From contig NC_089436.1 of assembly GCF_026210795.1 (NCBI RefSeq), positions 682,001 through 746,000 of the forward strand: DNA of 64,000 nt. The letters are read 5' to 3'. The DNA comes from Rhizophagus irregularis (lineage: Eukaryota). Under the pieces are notes generated by a model that made no database searches, had not been told where the DNA came from, and saw nothing but the letters and a program-made list of their open reading frames with translations. Shown here in pieces: positions 51,440-64,000 of this stretch (the first letter of the stretch is position 1; each line of letters begins with the position of its first letter). The translations under genes and the position numbers were made by a program.

Positions 51440-52487
51440 CATTATTATTAAGTGTATAATATTTTATAGGATCTAGATCATCAAAAGGTAATGATTTAAA
51501 AGGGGGAGGGGGTAAAAGATTATTTGGGAAAGAATAAAAATGATCTTGTAATTGATCATAAAATTCATTATTAAATATTTCTTTAAATGGGGTAATATAT
51601 TTTATGAAATCAACTTTTAAAAATTCTATAAAACGAATTTTTGTTAATAAATTTTTTAAAATTTTACCCAATATATTAAATTCTTTTGTAGTCCAAGAAC
51701 ATGTATTAATTAAATAATCTATTAAATCTTTTAATTCCAAATTTAATAACCATTCTTCATCATTATGATCTAATATTGATAATTGATCATTTGATTGATA
51801 AATTCCCCATTTAATAATAAAATTCCACATATCAATTTCATTAAATTTATTAAAATCATCCCTTTCCAATAATTCCAATAAAATTTCTTCATATAAATAA
51901 AAGAAATTAATAGAATTAAATAATAATATAGGATTATTCATTATTAATTTTTCTATACAAAAAGATTGAATATCTTTATATGATGAATGATTATAACTTA
52001 AATTTAATATTTGATGAATATTTTCTTGAATATATTTTGAATGATATGTTATTAAATATTTTTGTATATAACCGATCAATTCTTCTATTGCCAATTCATC
52101 TGATGATATTAATAATATTATAATATCGGATGGTGATAAATATTCTAAGGATATACTACCATCATAAATATATTTTAAAATTATAGAGAAAGTTTTTGGG
52201 TAAATATTTGGATTTTTTAATATTATTTTATCATCATTATCCATTTTTACCCAATCGTGTGATAATGCTGCTTCAAAATATTTACACCGTGTTTTCAATA
52301 TTATTGAATGTGCTTTAAATATTTTAAAATTTTCTTCTTCTTCATTATTTAAGGTGAAAATTGATTTGATATTTCCATTTGATCTTTCTCGTTCTCCTAT
52401 TTCTATAATTACATCATAATCATTTGATGTTTCTAATAATTTGGTATAATCAAGCGAAAGTTTTGCTGAAAAATATTCTAGTGCCAT
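50664..52487 (-). CDS. BTB/POZ-BACK-TLDc protein, intronless
   Basis: Likely start MALEYFSAKLS at 52487; YDVIIEIG...FKAHSIILKTRCKYF; LLERDD...MWNFIIKWG; FTLLYRASRD...GGFNP...DDYEVFQI; poly-N insert. Confidence 0.92.
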
Positions 52488-54052
52488 TATTTCTTTGAAA
52501 ATAAAAAATAAAAAGTTTTGTTTTTTTCTCAATCTTGAAAAAATATATACAATATATATATATATATATATTTTTATATTTTTATTATTTTTTTTTCTTA
52601 AGTAGAAGGTATAAGTTATAATTGTCAAACAAAAAAAAAAAAAAAAAGACAATCGAATTTGATGGGTTACAATAAAAATGCAGATTATTTATTTTTAATT
52701 TAACGTTGAAGTTACACCAAAGTTGATTGGTTTTCTTTTTTAAACTACTGTGGGTTTTAATATAGCCTTTTAGTTGAGAAAAAGCCCCAAAAAATAAATC
52801 CATAAATGGTCAAAAGAATTCGCGAAAGCCGTACCATGTGAATTATAAATTTTTATAAACGGATCCACTGAAATATAAAATAATGAGATAGATCTATTAG
52901 GTATATAATAATGTTTATAAACAATATAAATATTTGATTATATTTGAACGTATTAACAATCATATTCATTAAAAACTTAATAAATTATCATTATTTCTTA
53001 CCTTTTTCCCCTCCCCCCTTGAAATCTATCAAACGCACGCAATACTGCATCATACAATGTAATGAAATTAAAGTAATTTAAAAAGTAAGTATTAAATTTA
53101 TAATAAAGATACAATGTTACGATATAAAATCACCCCTCAGAATTTTCAGTGTTAATAATCATGAAAAATTAAAAATTTCATTCTTATTAATATGTTACAT
53201 CTTTGGAATACAAATTTAAACAATTTAAAAATAGAACATATATATATATATATATGTATATGTATATATTTATACTTACAAATTGACGAAAAAGCTACTA
53301 ACGTATAATGTCGTCATACAAGAACAAATATAAACCATAAATTAGAGAGTTTAAAGCATATCTGATATTATTATGCATATAAGTTAACTTACCTATGAGA
53401 AGACAAAGATCATAAAGCAAAAAAAGTAAGTTTTTTTTTCTTAATTTATTAAACTTTCCTGATAATTAATGATAGTTTGCGAAAAAGTTTATATTCTTTA
53501 ATTATTATGTGTATTATCTTTTAGGTAGATTAATAATTATTCATCATTATTAACGGAAATTACTCTTCGTTTTAATTTATGGAAATATATATTCGGATAT
53601 TTTGTTAAAAAAAAGAATTAAATTTAGTGATGCCGAAGAAGAAAGAAAAATTAACTATGAAAGGAAGATTAATTACATATTTATATGCAACACATGCTGT
53701 TCTAGCAATTTATTATACTATTAAACCATAATTTACTTAATTTGAATGACAAATAACGTACAGATTTAGTATATTACTTATATTTATGTAAATGTCGTAC
53801 AAATTAATACAGCTAATATGCAGTTCATTTGTTTGATTTTACTTTTTTTACCTTTGGTTGTACAAATATTCATTGTTTCGTCGAGGTACAAAATTAAACA
53901 TGGTGAAACATAATAAAGTTATGTTTTGAACTCCGTATAAAATATGAACTTTTTTTTTTTTATTTAAAACCCTGCTTTTTTTTCAAAAATTTTTTTCTTT
54001 CCTTAATTTTTTAATTACAGAAAATTACAAAACAAATAATAGAACGATAATC

Positions 54053-54957
54053 ATGTCAAATAGAAAAAAAAATAATAACGTTGCAGATTTGGGAAATAAT
54101 TGTACTTCCGCTGAACAAACTATTATATTAAACGTTGGTGGTATCAAGGTAAAAAAGAAAAATTGTATAATAAAAAATAATCTTGAAAAATTTTTTAATC
54201 TATTATTAATAAAAACAATGATTGTTTTTTTTCTTTATAGTATGAAACACGTAAGTCAACACTTGTGTATTATCCTGATACACTTTTAGGAACAATGTTC
54301 GCTGACCGTAATCAATCATTACAACATCCGAAAAATGAAAATGAATATTTTCTCGATCGTGATGGAAATCTATTTCGTTATGTAATGCAATATTATCGTA
54401 CGGGAAAAATATATTTACCTTATAATCCATCCGACTTAAAAGATGTTTCATCATTGCCATCATCATACTTTCCTTCAATTTCTTTTGAAGAAATAGAGGC
54501 TGAATTGGATTATTTTCAAATTCCTTTTGAAAGACCATTAAAGCCTTCCTCACTCTCTTTTACGATTAATCCTACTGTAGAAAAATTAGATCAATTTGTA
54601 TACGCTTTACGTAATGTTATAAGAGAAGTCATGAGTATTTGCGAAACTGAAATTACGGTAACTTTTAGTAAAAATGGTTGGCCTCCATTTATGAATTTGG
54701 GTCTTCCTTATAAGAAAGAAGCTATTATAGTAGAAGATATTGATCTGTTGGTAAAACCTTTTGGTTGTGTTGGTTATACCTTTTTGAACAAGTATGGTAC
54801 TGATATTGGTCAATATCTTAGAAGTGAAATTCCTGAATTAAGTTGGCAATTTGGTTATTCACAAAATAGAGAACAACTTAAATTACACATGAGCATTACT
54901 AATAGTATGAGTGATCATGAAATTTTTTTAAATTCTTGTTTATCTAATAAAAAATAA
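54053..54957 (+). CDS. KCTD/T1-type BTB/POZ domain protein, 2 exons
   Basis: IILNVGGIK / intron 54149-54240 / YETRKSTLVYYPDTLLGTMF...YFLDRDGNLFRYVMQYYRTG...ELDYFQIP. Confidence 0.92.
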
Positions 54958-55221
54958 AAAAAACCAACAATTATTATAAATTCCCTTTTTTGAAAATTCA
55001 TCATTTTGCATCTGATGTAAATATTTTATAAATATTTTATTTTAATTTTTCAAAAAACGCGCTAGATTATCAGTGAGGTGATGTCATTATTAATTTGTTA
55101 CGTAATTGTATGACGTAACATGTCGCACCGTCTATTACTTTTTAATGTTTTAATTAGTAATTCCATATATACTTCTTTTTCCCTACATAATCGATATTTT
55201 TTTTTTTTAATAATAATAATA

Positions 55222-56887
55222 ATGTCACAATACTTGTCGACACTTTCTTTTGATTTAATAAATCTTTTAGAAAAAGCAGATGATCATAATGTGTTAATTG
55301 AAGTAGGTCAAGAAAAAACATTTAGAGCGCACTCTTCTATATTACGAGCTAGGTCAGAATATTTTCATACAGCTTTATCAAATGATTGGTTAAGAAAAGA
55401 AGGTGATATGATCATATTTAAGAAGCCAAACATTTCTTATAATGCATTTAATATCATTTTAAGGTGAAATGAAGTCTACTATATTTTGTATTTTGTATTT
55501 TGTTTTTAAAAAAAAAAATTCTAAAAAAATCCTTTTATTGTTTAGGTATATTTATAGCGGAACAATTTATTTAGAACAACTCGAAGATTTAGAAATTTTT
55601 AAACTTATAGAAGCATCAGATGAATTATGTTTGTTCGAATTATTTAATCATGTACAAGATTATTTAATAACATATAAAGTTACTTGGTTGCAACAAAATA
55701 TTTTTAGTGTTATACAAGTTGCATTTGATCATGAATCTTGTGAAAAATTACGAAAATTTTGTTTAAATATAATTAATGAAAATGCTTGGAATTTTTTTAA
55801 ATCTGAAGAACTACTTCATATAAGCGAAACTGTAATATCACGATTACTTAAAAAAGATGATCTTGGAATTGAAGAAATAGTAAGTTAAAATATTATTGCT
55901 TGAAATTTGTTTAGAGAATTTTATTTAAATTTTTTTTTTTCTTTTTAGGATATATGGGGTTTTTTAATAAAATGGGGAATAGAAAATTCTGACGTTCCAG
56001 CTGAAAGTGATTTGGAAAATTTTTCATCACAAGATTTCTCAAATTTAGAAAAAACTCTTCATAATTTACTTCCACTTATTAGATTTTTTAATATATCATC
56101 AAAAGACTTTTATCATAAAGTATGGCCATTTGAACTGATTTTACCAAAAAAATTACGACAGGATCTTTTATCATATTATCTTACAGGTGAAGAACCAAAA
56201 TATACAGAAATTCAAGTTGCTAGAATTACACCAAAAAATTTAGATTCTGAAATAATTTCATCAAAACATGCTATATTAATTTCAAGTTATATTGAAGGAA
56301 AAAATAATAATTCAACATCATCATCATTACCATTAACGATACCACATTCTTCTCACTTGATTAAAGATGATGGAGTAAATATTCCTTACAGGTTTAAGTT
56401 AATTTATCGTGGTAGCAGAGATGGATTTTCTTTTGAATCTTTTCATAAAAATGTTGATAATCATGGTCCTACTGCTGTATTTATTAAAATTGCCGATTCA
56501 TACGAAATTATTGGGGGTTATAATCCTATAGGATGGTATAGTTACGGAAATTATATTGCTACAGGTGATAGTTTTATATTTTCTATGACTGATTTAGACG
56601 ATGAAGATATTTCTTTATTGCAATTTGATAGTGAACAACAACAATCATTCGGAACAATGCTAAAAATTAGTAAAGTTAGACCTTATTTTATTGATGGTGC
56701 TATTTTTGATACACAATTCCATGGACCATGTTTTGGTTATGGTGATATTTGGTTTGGACATAAATCTAGACCAAGATATGGTTCTTGTACTAAAGTTTAT
56801 TATGAACAAAATATAAGAGATAATGAAGAAGAATTTTATGTTGAAGAAATTGAAGTTTTTCAAATTATAGAAAATAATTTTTTATAG
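55222..56887 (+). CDS. BTB/POZ-BACK-TLDc protein, 3 exons
   Basis: ATG at 55222; HNVLIEVG...FRAHSSILRARSEYF; introns after ILR and after GIEEI; FKLIYRGSRDGF...IIGGYNP...GPCFG...EEIEVFQI. Confidence 0.92.
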
Positions 56888-57984
56888 AATTTAGATAATT
56901 TAATAATCCTTTTTTTAAAAAAATATTTTAATTTATTTAAAAGATCATTTAAAGACTGTATAATGAATGTATAACAAAGTAAACTGTACAAACTACAAAA
57001 TAATTTATTTTATAACAATTAATTAAATTATAACAGATTTTTTTTTTACCATAATAAAATTTTGTAAAATAAGATTTTATATAAAAATAGTAATTTAATA
57101 TAAAATTATTTTGCAAATATAACAGATATATACAGTATAATAATATTATGCATCTGTTGTATATTTATATTTTAATTTTTCTTTAAAGATAATCTATTAT
57201 CTTATTTAAAAATCAACCTTTTAATAAACTCTCTGCTTTTAAAAGTAAATCTCTTACTATTATATAAAAAATATTTATTAAAAAAATCATTTTTAAAAAA
57301 ATAAAAATTTAATTAAATACTGTATATATAATTTTATTTAATATTAAATTTATATATCATACAAATATTACCTGAAAAATTGAATTCAGTAAATATGTAC
57401 ATTTAAAATGTGATTTGACTGATTTCATACCTTATTCTAATTAGTCTTTATAATTAACCTTGTAATAGTGAAATTAAGTATACTAATTTTATATAAAATT
57501 TATAATAAATATAATAATAATAAAATACATTAAACTTGAATTTCCAGTCTAATACAATAAAATTAATTTAACAATAGTATACTTTTTGTTAAAATGACAA
57601 AATACTAATTAAATTTATTTTGACAGATGTAATTAATTCATAGTAATTTTATAATAAATAGTGAATTGGTCCGTTCACCAAAATATGACGTAATTAATTA
57701 GCAGAGAAGTATAAACAATAGTAAATATAAAATAAAATTATATAAACAAAATTTATAAACACATTTTTTATTATATTGGATCTTATGATTACTTAACAAA
57801 AAAATAAGGTTAATTGACTAAAAAGATATATTCCAAATATTATTTATCTATTAAGCTAAATACAATATATATATAAAATATAATTTGATATAATTAGATA
57901 ATGGAATTCCTTGTAATATCTGAAGCACTCATTTAAAATCACGTGTCTTGTTCCAAATATATAAAGTTATATGTATATTTTAAT

Positions 57985-58115
57985 CTCAAATTTTGCTATC
58001 TCGAGATCCAGTAATTAGATTTTAATGATATTTGACTTGTTAAATTCATCTTAATGAGACGAACATTTTGATATATAATTCATCTTTTTAGGTATAATAT
58101 TGACTGAGATATCAC
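57985..58115. repeat. Dispersed repeat, related to 61530-61650
   Basis: Shared colinear blocks ATCCAGT-A..GATTTTAAT, TCATCT-AT-AGAC and TCATCTTT-TA-GT-TAATATTGACTGAGATA. Confidence 0.65.
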
Positions 58116-58399
58116 ATTTTGAAATTTTTGTTATATGGGATTTGAATTGTTTTAGTAATATTCGGGATTCTGGTATTACATATATAAACTTTTTTATTGA
58201 TCGCATAAAGACCTAGCATATATATAGATATTATTTTACTTGGAATATAATAGAAATATCGCATCCCTCTGAAGCAAATATCCATATCAGTAAATGCTAT
58301 TCTGCTAAATGTTATTCTGCTAAATATTGTAAGGAAAAAATTTGAAATATTTTGGAAAATTGAGTTTATGTATGAATTTATTTATTACACTTATACAAG

Positions 58400-60650
58400 C
58401 ATAGTTTCACAGATGATTTGCAGAGTATCACCTAATACATCATATATACTTTAATAAGAATCAAAAATATGCTAATTTATATTATATATAGTATCTATAT
58501 ATTATGACTTAATAATATATTATTTTATTAAGATAATATTCAGAATTTGAGTTAAAGACTGATCTGAAAAATTTGATGCATAAATTTACTATTATCATCT
58601 AAATTTGAGAAATTTCATAATAACATTCTTTCTATAAATATAGTATAGGAATTCTAATAGCAGTAAATTACATATTCTTTGTATTTCTGTTGATTTACTC
58701 CTATATCTCTCCCAATCTGAAATTCTGATAATATTTTTAAAGTTATATTTTTGATAATATTTGGAATTCTATAATTTTAACATGATAGATCAGCCTGTAC
58801 TTCTAATAATTATAGTCTTGCTGATATAATACTTTAAAAGTAGTAGCTATGTATACTACAGTATCTAATTATTTATATAAATGATTTCTCTTTGCTTTTG
58901 TCTAATAGTAGCAAAATACATGTTATGCTTATTTTTTGCATAAAATCAGTCATTTATATAATTAAATTTTATTAGTTTTCCATTAATAAAATAATATGTT
59001 TTACCATAAGAAATAATATCTAAAAACTTTTTATTGTCAGAAATACTATCATTTCTCACCACCTTTCAAATCTATTTTTTTAAAGATTTAGGTTTTTTTT
59101 TATAAGCTTGCTGGATAACTATTACATAAAAAATTTTAAAGTTATAATTATAGTAATATTTAGAAATTAAGAATTGCTAAGATCGCTTCATTAATTTTTC
59201 TAAACTTCTTAAAAAATATTTTCTTATAGATTAAATAAGCAGATTATGCATAACACCTTTGACCAATTTTTATTCTGCAGGTGATACATTTCACAAATGA
59301 TCATCTATATAGTTATTTATTTTGCAAAAAAATAATTTTTGAATATAGTTGAGATTAAGGTTGCTTGCCGAAATCTAGGGTTTAGACAAGATGGCATTTC
59401 GCCAAAAAGCGAAATTCTGCTGAAACTATATTAAAGTTATATTAAAAAACTGGCAAAACTTTGGAAAAAGGCGAAACTGCCGAAACTTATTATAAATGCT
59501 GAAACTGCCAAAACTCTGCCAAAACTATAATAAATCTATAGTAAAATTTTGATGAAACTAATCGTAGGATTTTGAAGAGGTTTAGACAAGCAACCTTAGT
59601 TAATATAAATATCTATATATAATTAAAATATTTCTCTAAATCAATTAGTCAAACCAGTTAAACAATTGTAACTTTTATTCTATCTCTTAATCTTAATACA
59701 GTATCTTTTATACTAGATGATAATAAATTATTTTGTTTTTTACTTATAATTCCTTTAAGATCTGATAATTGATAAGAAGTTGGTAAAATCATTTCTTATC
59801 TAATAGATGAAATACAAGTTGACTCAAAATTTAAAGTATTTGGCATAATATTTTTTGCTATGGTTACTTTTGTTAGCTAAGAGGTAAACTTCATAACTAA
59901 TTGAATAAGTATCATAATTATATGATATTAATGCCAATTTATCCTTTTTTGAGTATGGAGTAGATTGTGATTAAAACTCCAGTTGAAGATGCTTTATTTT
60001 TGCCTTTTCTTTTAATATATATTGTTTATATTGCTAGATATTAAATTCTCTATCAATAGATTGAAGAGTATATTTTTTTCTTGCATGTTTCTTTGAAATA
60101 ATATCTCCATTAATACAACAAAGTGATTATCTCAATAGCAATAACTATTATGACCATTTTTAAGTATGAAAACTAAGGATTCACATATACTACAATATAT
60201 ATAATTAGTTGGAAAACTATGATTTCTACCATTTTTATATAACTCTTCATACATTAGGATATATCTATTCTTAGAAAGGATTCTTGAATTCTTTTCAAGT
60301 ATTTTTCTAAATAGATCATGGATACAAAAACACTACATTTCTGGTATTTTATAATGATGTCCTCCTGTTAAAGAGCCTAATGCATCAACTAATGTTCTAT
60401 ATTATTCAAAGTTTACATCACTATAGCATACTTCACATAGCTTGGAATAAATTCTACTATCTAAATCCATATTAGTGTTTTGGAAATTATAGCAGATTAT
60501 AATGTTTTTTATTGATTTTATAGTGTTTTTATCAATTTTAGCTGATTTACCAATAATATATTCTAATAAATCCAAATTCATTTTTATCTCTTATTCAAAT
60601 ATTCAAAGAACTTCAGATGAAAACAGATTCGTATTTTTTGATCCAGTTAA
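58400..60650 (-). pseudogene. Degraded coding-like relic (probably old transposon or lineage-specific gene), split by a MITE
   Basis: Higher complexity than flanks, short stop-riddled frames on the minus strand (e.g. CIHDLFRKILEK), CpG nearly absent; no family motif recognised. Confidence 0.25.
59356..59598. mobile_element. 243-bp hAT-like MITE
   Basis: TAAGGTTGCTTGCCGAAA ... TTTAGACAAGCAACCTTA; flanks GTTGAGAT / GTTAATAT (6/8, degenerate 8-bp TSD); internal GC(C/T)(G/A)AAACT repeats. Confidence 0.8.
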
Positions 60651-61529
60651 ATTAGATCTGATCACTATAGACGGCTAAACTATAAAATTTAATCTCCCCT
60701 AATTCCTAGTCAATTCCCACTCGCAACTCACTAATTATACAGTAGTTAGTATCGATCAAAAAATATTATAACACATATGGAAAAAAATAAATGGTTGAAC
60801 TGGCTAAACTTTATTAATAGATATTGCTATATTGCTGAACATGCATGTTCAGGTGCAGTAATCCAGTAATCTGTGGCGTAGTACACTAAACTAGATTACT
60901 GAGTACGGCGTTGTCGTGAAGCTCTGGCCACTAGTTAATAATATTGAAAAGGTTTATAATATATCAGTAAAAATTGAAAGCATAATAAATTTCAATATAT
61001 TAAAACATGATTTTGTAAAATTAACAATTTGAACTTACAAATGCAAATTCATAATGTCATCAAAACAAGAAAACATGTGGAACTTGAAAGTCACATCAAA
61101 TATCCCGTTCCAAATTTTCCCGTTGCGGTATTTTTTATCAATTATATCGTACGTAGTTTACATGAATATTCAGTTATCTTAAAATACTAGTTACATATAA
61201 CAATTCACATACTTATGTATAGTGAAGAAGTTCAATGATATAACAGGATCCCGCTTACTTCTAATAAAGGTCTCCTCACAAAATTTCAGATTTACTAGTA
61301 ATTTTACCAACTCTTTCTGTCTCATAATTTTACCTTATATATAGTGTGACCTTTTAAAATTATATTGAATTTTACCTTAAATTTTTAGAGACTTAAATTT
61401 TCTTTAAAAGCATTTAATTATTAAATAAAGTATTTTACAATAGTTTAAAATTTTATTAATTAATACAAAATTTTATTATTTTTATTACTATAAATAAATT
61501 TTAATATAAAAAAATACAAAATATAAATT

Positions 61530-61650
61530 TGCAAATTATTAAAAATCCAGTGATCTGATTTTAATAAATTTTATACCATTAGAATCATCTCATTAAGACA
61601 ATTCTAATGGTAGTAAAATCATCTTTCTAAGTTTAATATTGACTGAGATA
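61530..61650. repeat. Dispersed repeat, related to 57985-58115
   Basis: Same colinear blocks ending AATATTGACTGAGATA. Confidence 0.65.
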
Positions 61651-61850
61651 AGGGTTAATAAATTTTATTAATTAATTAAAAAATTATTAAAAAATTTTCT
61701 ATGCTAAAATGAAGTAAAATTAGTTATTTAATATAAAAATAATACTGAGAAATTACAAAATTTTTAAAAAAATTTATGCACTTATAATTTTCTCCTTCCT
61801 TACCCCACCACCACCCTTTTGTTCTAAAGTTCTTTATATAAATTTTTGTC

Positions 61851-62100
61851 GTTACGCTATCACGTCTAAAATAATTCTATTTTATACAAATTTGTTTATA
61901 TTTTTAATATTTAAATTTGTTACACTGTCGCGTCTAAAATTTGTTACATTGTCACGTCTAAATCTTATTGTAATTTCATTACACCGTCACATCTAATTCT
62001 TATTGTAATTTCATTACACCGTCACGTCTAATTCATTTTATAATTTTATTACACCGTCACGTCTAATTCTTTTTATAATTTCGTTATACCGTCACGTCTT
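61851..62100. repeat. Minisatellite, ~36-bp unit with core TTACACCGTCACGTCT
   Basis: About seven copies of the core; the last five are spaced 36 bp apart with similar linkers. Confidence 0.88.
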
Positions 62101-62130
62101 TTTTTATCACATGTTATTTATTACAATTAA

Positions 62131-62316
62131 GGGGTAAATTTTCGTGTTGTATTTATTTATAAAATTAAGGATCTAATTTATAATATAAATTTTACCTTAT
62201 TATATACTGAAACCTATACAAATTATTAATTAATTTTACCTTATAAACCGGAAACCTATTTTAACTTTACCTTACATACCCGGAGACCTTTATTTGTTAT
62301 ATATATAATTTTACCC
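62131..62316. mobile_element. ~186-bp MITE-like element flanked by TTAA
   Basis: TTAA-GGGGTAAATT ... AATTTTACCC-TTAA; internal repeats of TTTACCTTA...GAAACCTA. Confidence 0.6.
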
Positions 62317-62359
62317 TTAACTATTAAGAGACCTAAAATTTAATTTTACTATAAATTTT

Positions 62360-63833
62360 ACCACAGATTTTTGGACACCTATATTAGAAGTAAGCGGGGT
62401 CCTGATGTAACAGACGTCTGGATGTTTATAATCTCCATCTTGAACAATATTATCGGCAGTTGGTGATTTTAGTAGGTGGGAATTAAGGAAAGGGTTTTCA
62501 TCTTCAACTTTATTTGAAGTCGTCAAAATCTTTTGAATCTTATTTATAGCATCACAAATACTATGATGTATTACGGTTTTAGCTACCTTCTTCAATCCTT
62601 TCTTATCCAACTGGAAGACAATCGTGAGCATAATGAATTGAAAAAGTGCATAAAGGTATTTAACATAATTACCCACCGTTGCAATTGAGTGCAAGCATCT
62701 TTCAACTGGTGGCTCTAACACTTTCCAGTCCGATGGAAGGTTAGATAGTAAACTCTCGCTTAAGTTTAAAAACTCTCATTCCGCAATAATGTCAGTTAAT
62801 TTCGGTCACATGTGTCTATTATACGCCACCAAATGGCACTAACTATAGAAAGATATCAGAATCATTCATATATTTTGATTATGGTAAACAATCATATAAT
62901 TGTGAACTTACATTTCTGCCATCTGGGAAAGTGATTCGAAGTCAGTTGTGTCAGTTATGATGACAAGATCTTCACGAAGTTGATGAATCCGTTAGGAATT
63001 AGCTCTTTAAATTCCCAGCTTTTCTCAAGATTATGCTCTTTCTATCAGTGTATTCGACAAAAAGGCCAAATATATATATATATCAATGCAAAATATAAGA
63101 AGAAAAATAGAAAAATTATATAACTTACTACTTGTTCGTCATTAATGATATTGTTTCCATTAACATCTTCATTGTCTTCAGAAGTAGCATTCGACTTCTC
63201 AATTTCTGTAGGATCTGACTCATTGATTTCTGGAAATTTTCTTTTCTCTGATACAGAAGATCTAGTGTCTATAATTCCAGTATTGGCAGTCCCAGTATTG
63301 CTATTGACAGTCCCAATCCTCGTGAACGTTGGATAGTTTAAGTGAATTGATGGTTAGCCGATTTTGAATGATCCAGTACGATTGTTTTCCCAATTTTAGA
63401 CACGAATACGAACTGGTTGAGAACCCTAATGTAAATTTGATGAATTAGTAATATTCTTAAACAATACATCTTGGATTTCTATCTAATTTTCTATCTCACC
63501 AAGTAACATCAGAAAAACTTGAAGATTGTATGTCTGTGCTCTGGTGAGGTCAGTGTCAGGTCAACTCGAAGACTTGAATATCAAGCGAGCTTGAAGTTCG
63601 CCTGTGCCCAACACTAACTTTGTGGTTCAACTCGAAGACTTGAATGATAGAGAATTTGAAGATCTCCACCATACCACTTATTCTCTACATTCTTAATAAA
63701 CTCAAATTATAAATGTAATACTCAAATAATTTCTGTGCTTTTTTTCTCTTGAAACCTTTCCTTGATACAATGATCTCCTCAAGAGACAAAAGGTAGCACT
63801 CTATCAATTGCTGCTTCGTTTCCAGATGGCATT
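62360..63833 (-). pseudogene. Intron-containing, frameshifted and 3'-truncated gene of a lineage-specific family
   Basis: Coding-like segments (IHQLREDLVIITDTTDFES, AIWWRIIDTCDR, LLSNLPSDWKVLEPPVERCLHSIAT, LDKKGLKKVAK) with GT-AG introns, in-frame stops and frameshifts; ends against the repeat block. Confidence 0.55.
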
Positions 63834-64000
63834 CGTTTAGAAATCCGATGATATCCCACTCTTCCGATTTTCGCTTAAAAAAATATTCATATATCTGTTT
63901 TTAGACGAATAAAAAGAAAGGGAAAAGTTATGTTGAAAAAAGCTCGTACCTTATGCGTAGACATAATTGTGTAGGTTAAAAAGAAAAAATTTTTCCATTA

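Noticed and set aside
52488..52652. 55-aa N-terminal extension of the 662-aa ORF
   Set aside because: Encoded by homopolymer and (TA)n sequence; family alignment begins at MALEY (52487).
42979..56863. Short antisense ORFs overlapping the ATPase, PEX3 and BTB genes
   Set aside because: Shadow frames of well-supported opposite-strand genes.
14900..56887. Minor (U12-type) introns
   Set aside because: None of the donors I inspected matched (G/A)TATCCTT; inspection was by eye and not exhaustive.
61851..62100. CRISPR-like appearance of spaced 16-bp cores
   Set aside because: Linkers are similar to each other rather than unique spacers, there are no cas genes, and the context is eukaryotic; it is a minisatellite.

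Overview
AT-rich, intron-containing eukaryotic DNA. The gene families and repeat style point to an arbuscular mycorrhizal fungus (Glomeromycota, probably Rhizophagus); this is inferred, not database-checked. Conserved genes: a ~10.4 kb multi-exon neurofibromin/IRA-type RasGAP, a P1B copper ATPase, PEX3, a cytochrome P450, and a HAUS2/augmin-like gene missing from the ORF track that needs a GC-AG intron. Lineage-expanded families: two F-box/LRR genes, three BTB-BACK-TLDc genes, one KCTD-type BTB gene, a SAM + degenerate nuclease + kinase gene, a stand-alone Crinkler N-terminal domain, and pseudogenes. Gene islands are separated by extremely AT-rich tracts with MITEs at several stages of decay. 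Most notable: (1) an intact palindromic MITE beside a copy eroded by C>T/G>A changes that are not limited to CpG; (2) an F-box/LRR gene fragment inserted in a kinase pseudogene; (3) Crinkler-type modules in separate pieces, with apparently inactivated nuclease motifs; (4) a ~140-nt GC-rich multi-hairpin candidate ncRNA; (5) a MITE whose empty site survives in a neighbouring tandem copy. No rRNA, tRNA or CRISPR array is supported. Exon boundaries were read by eye.
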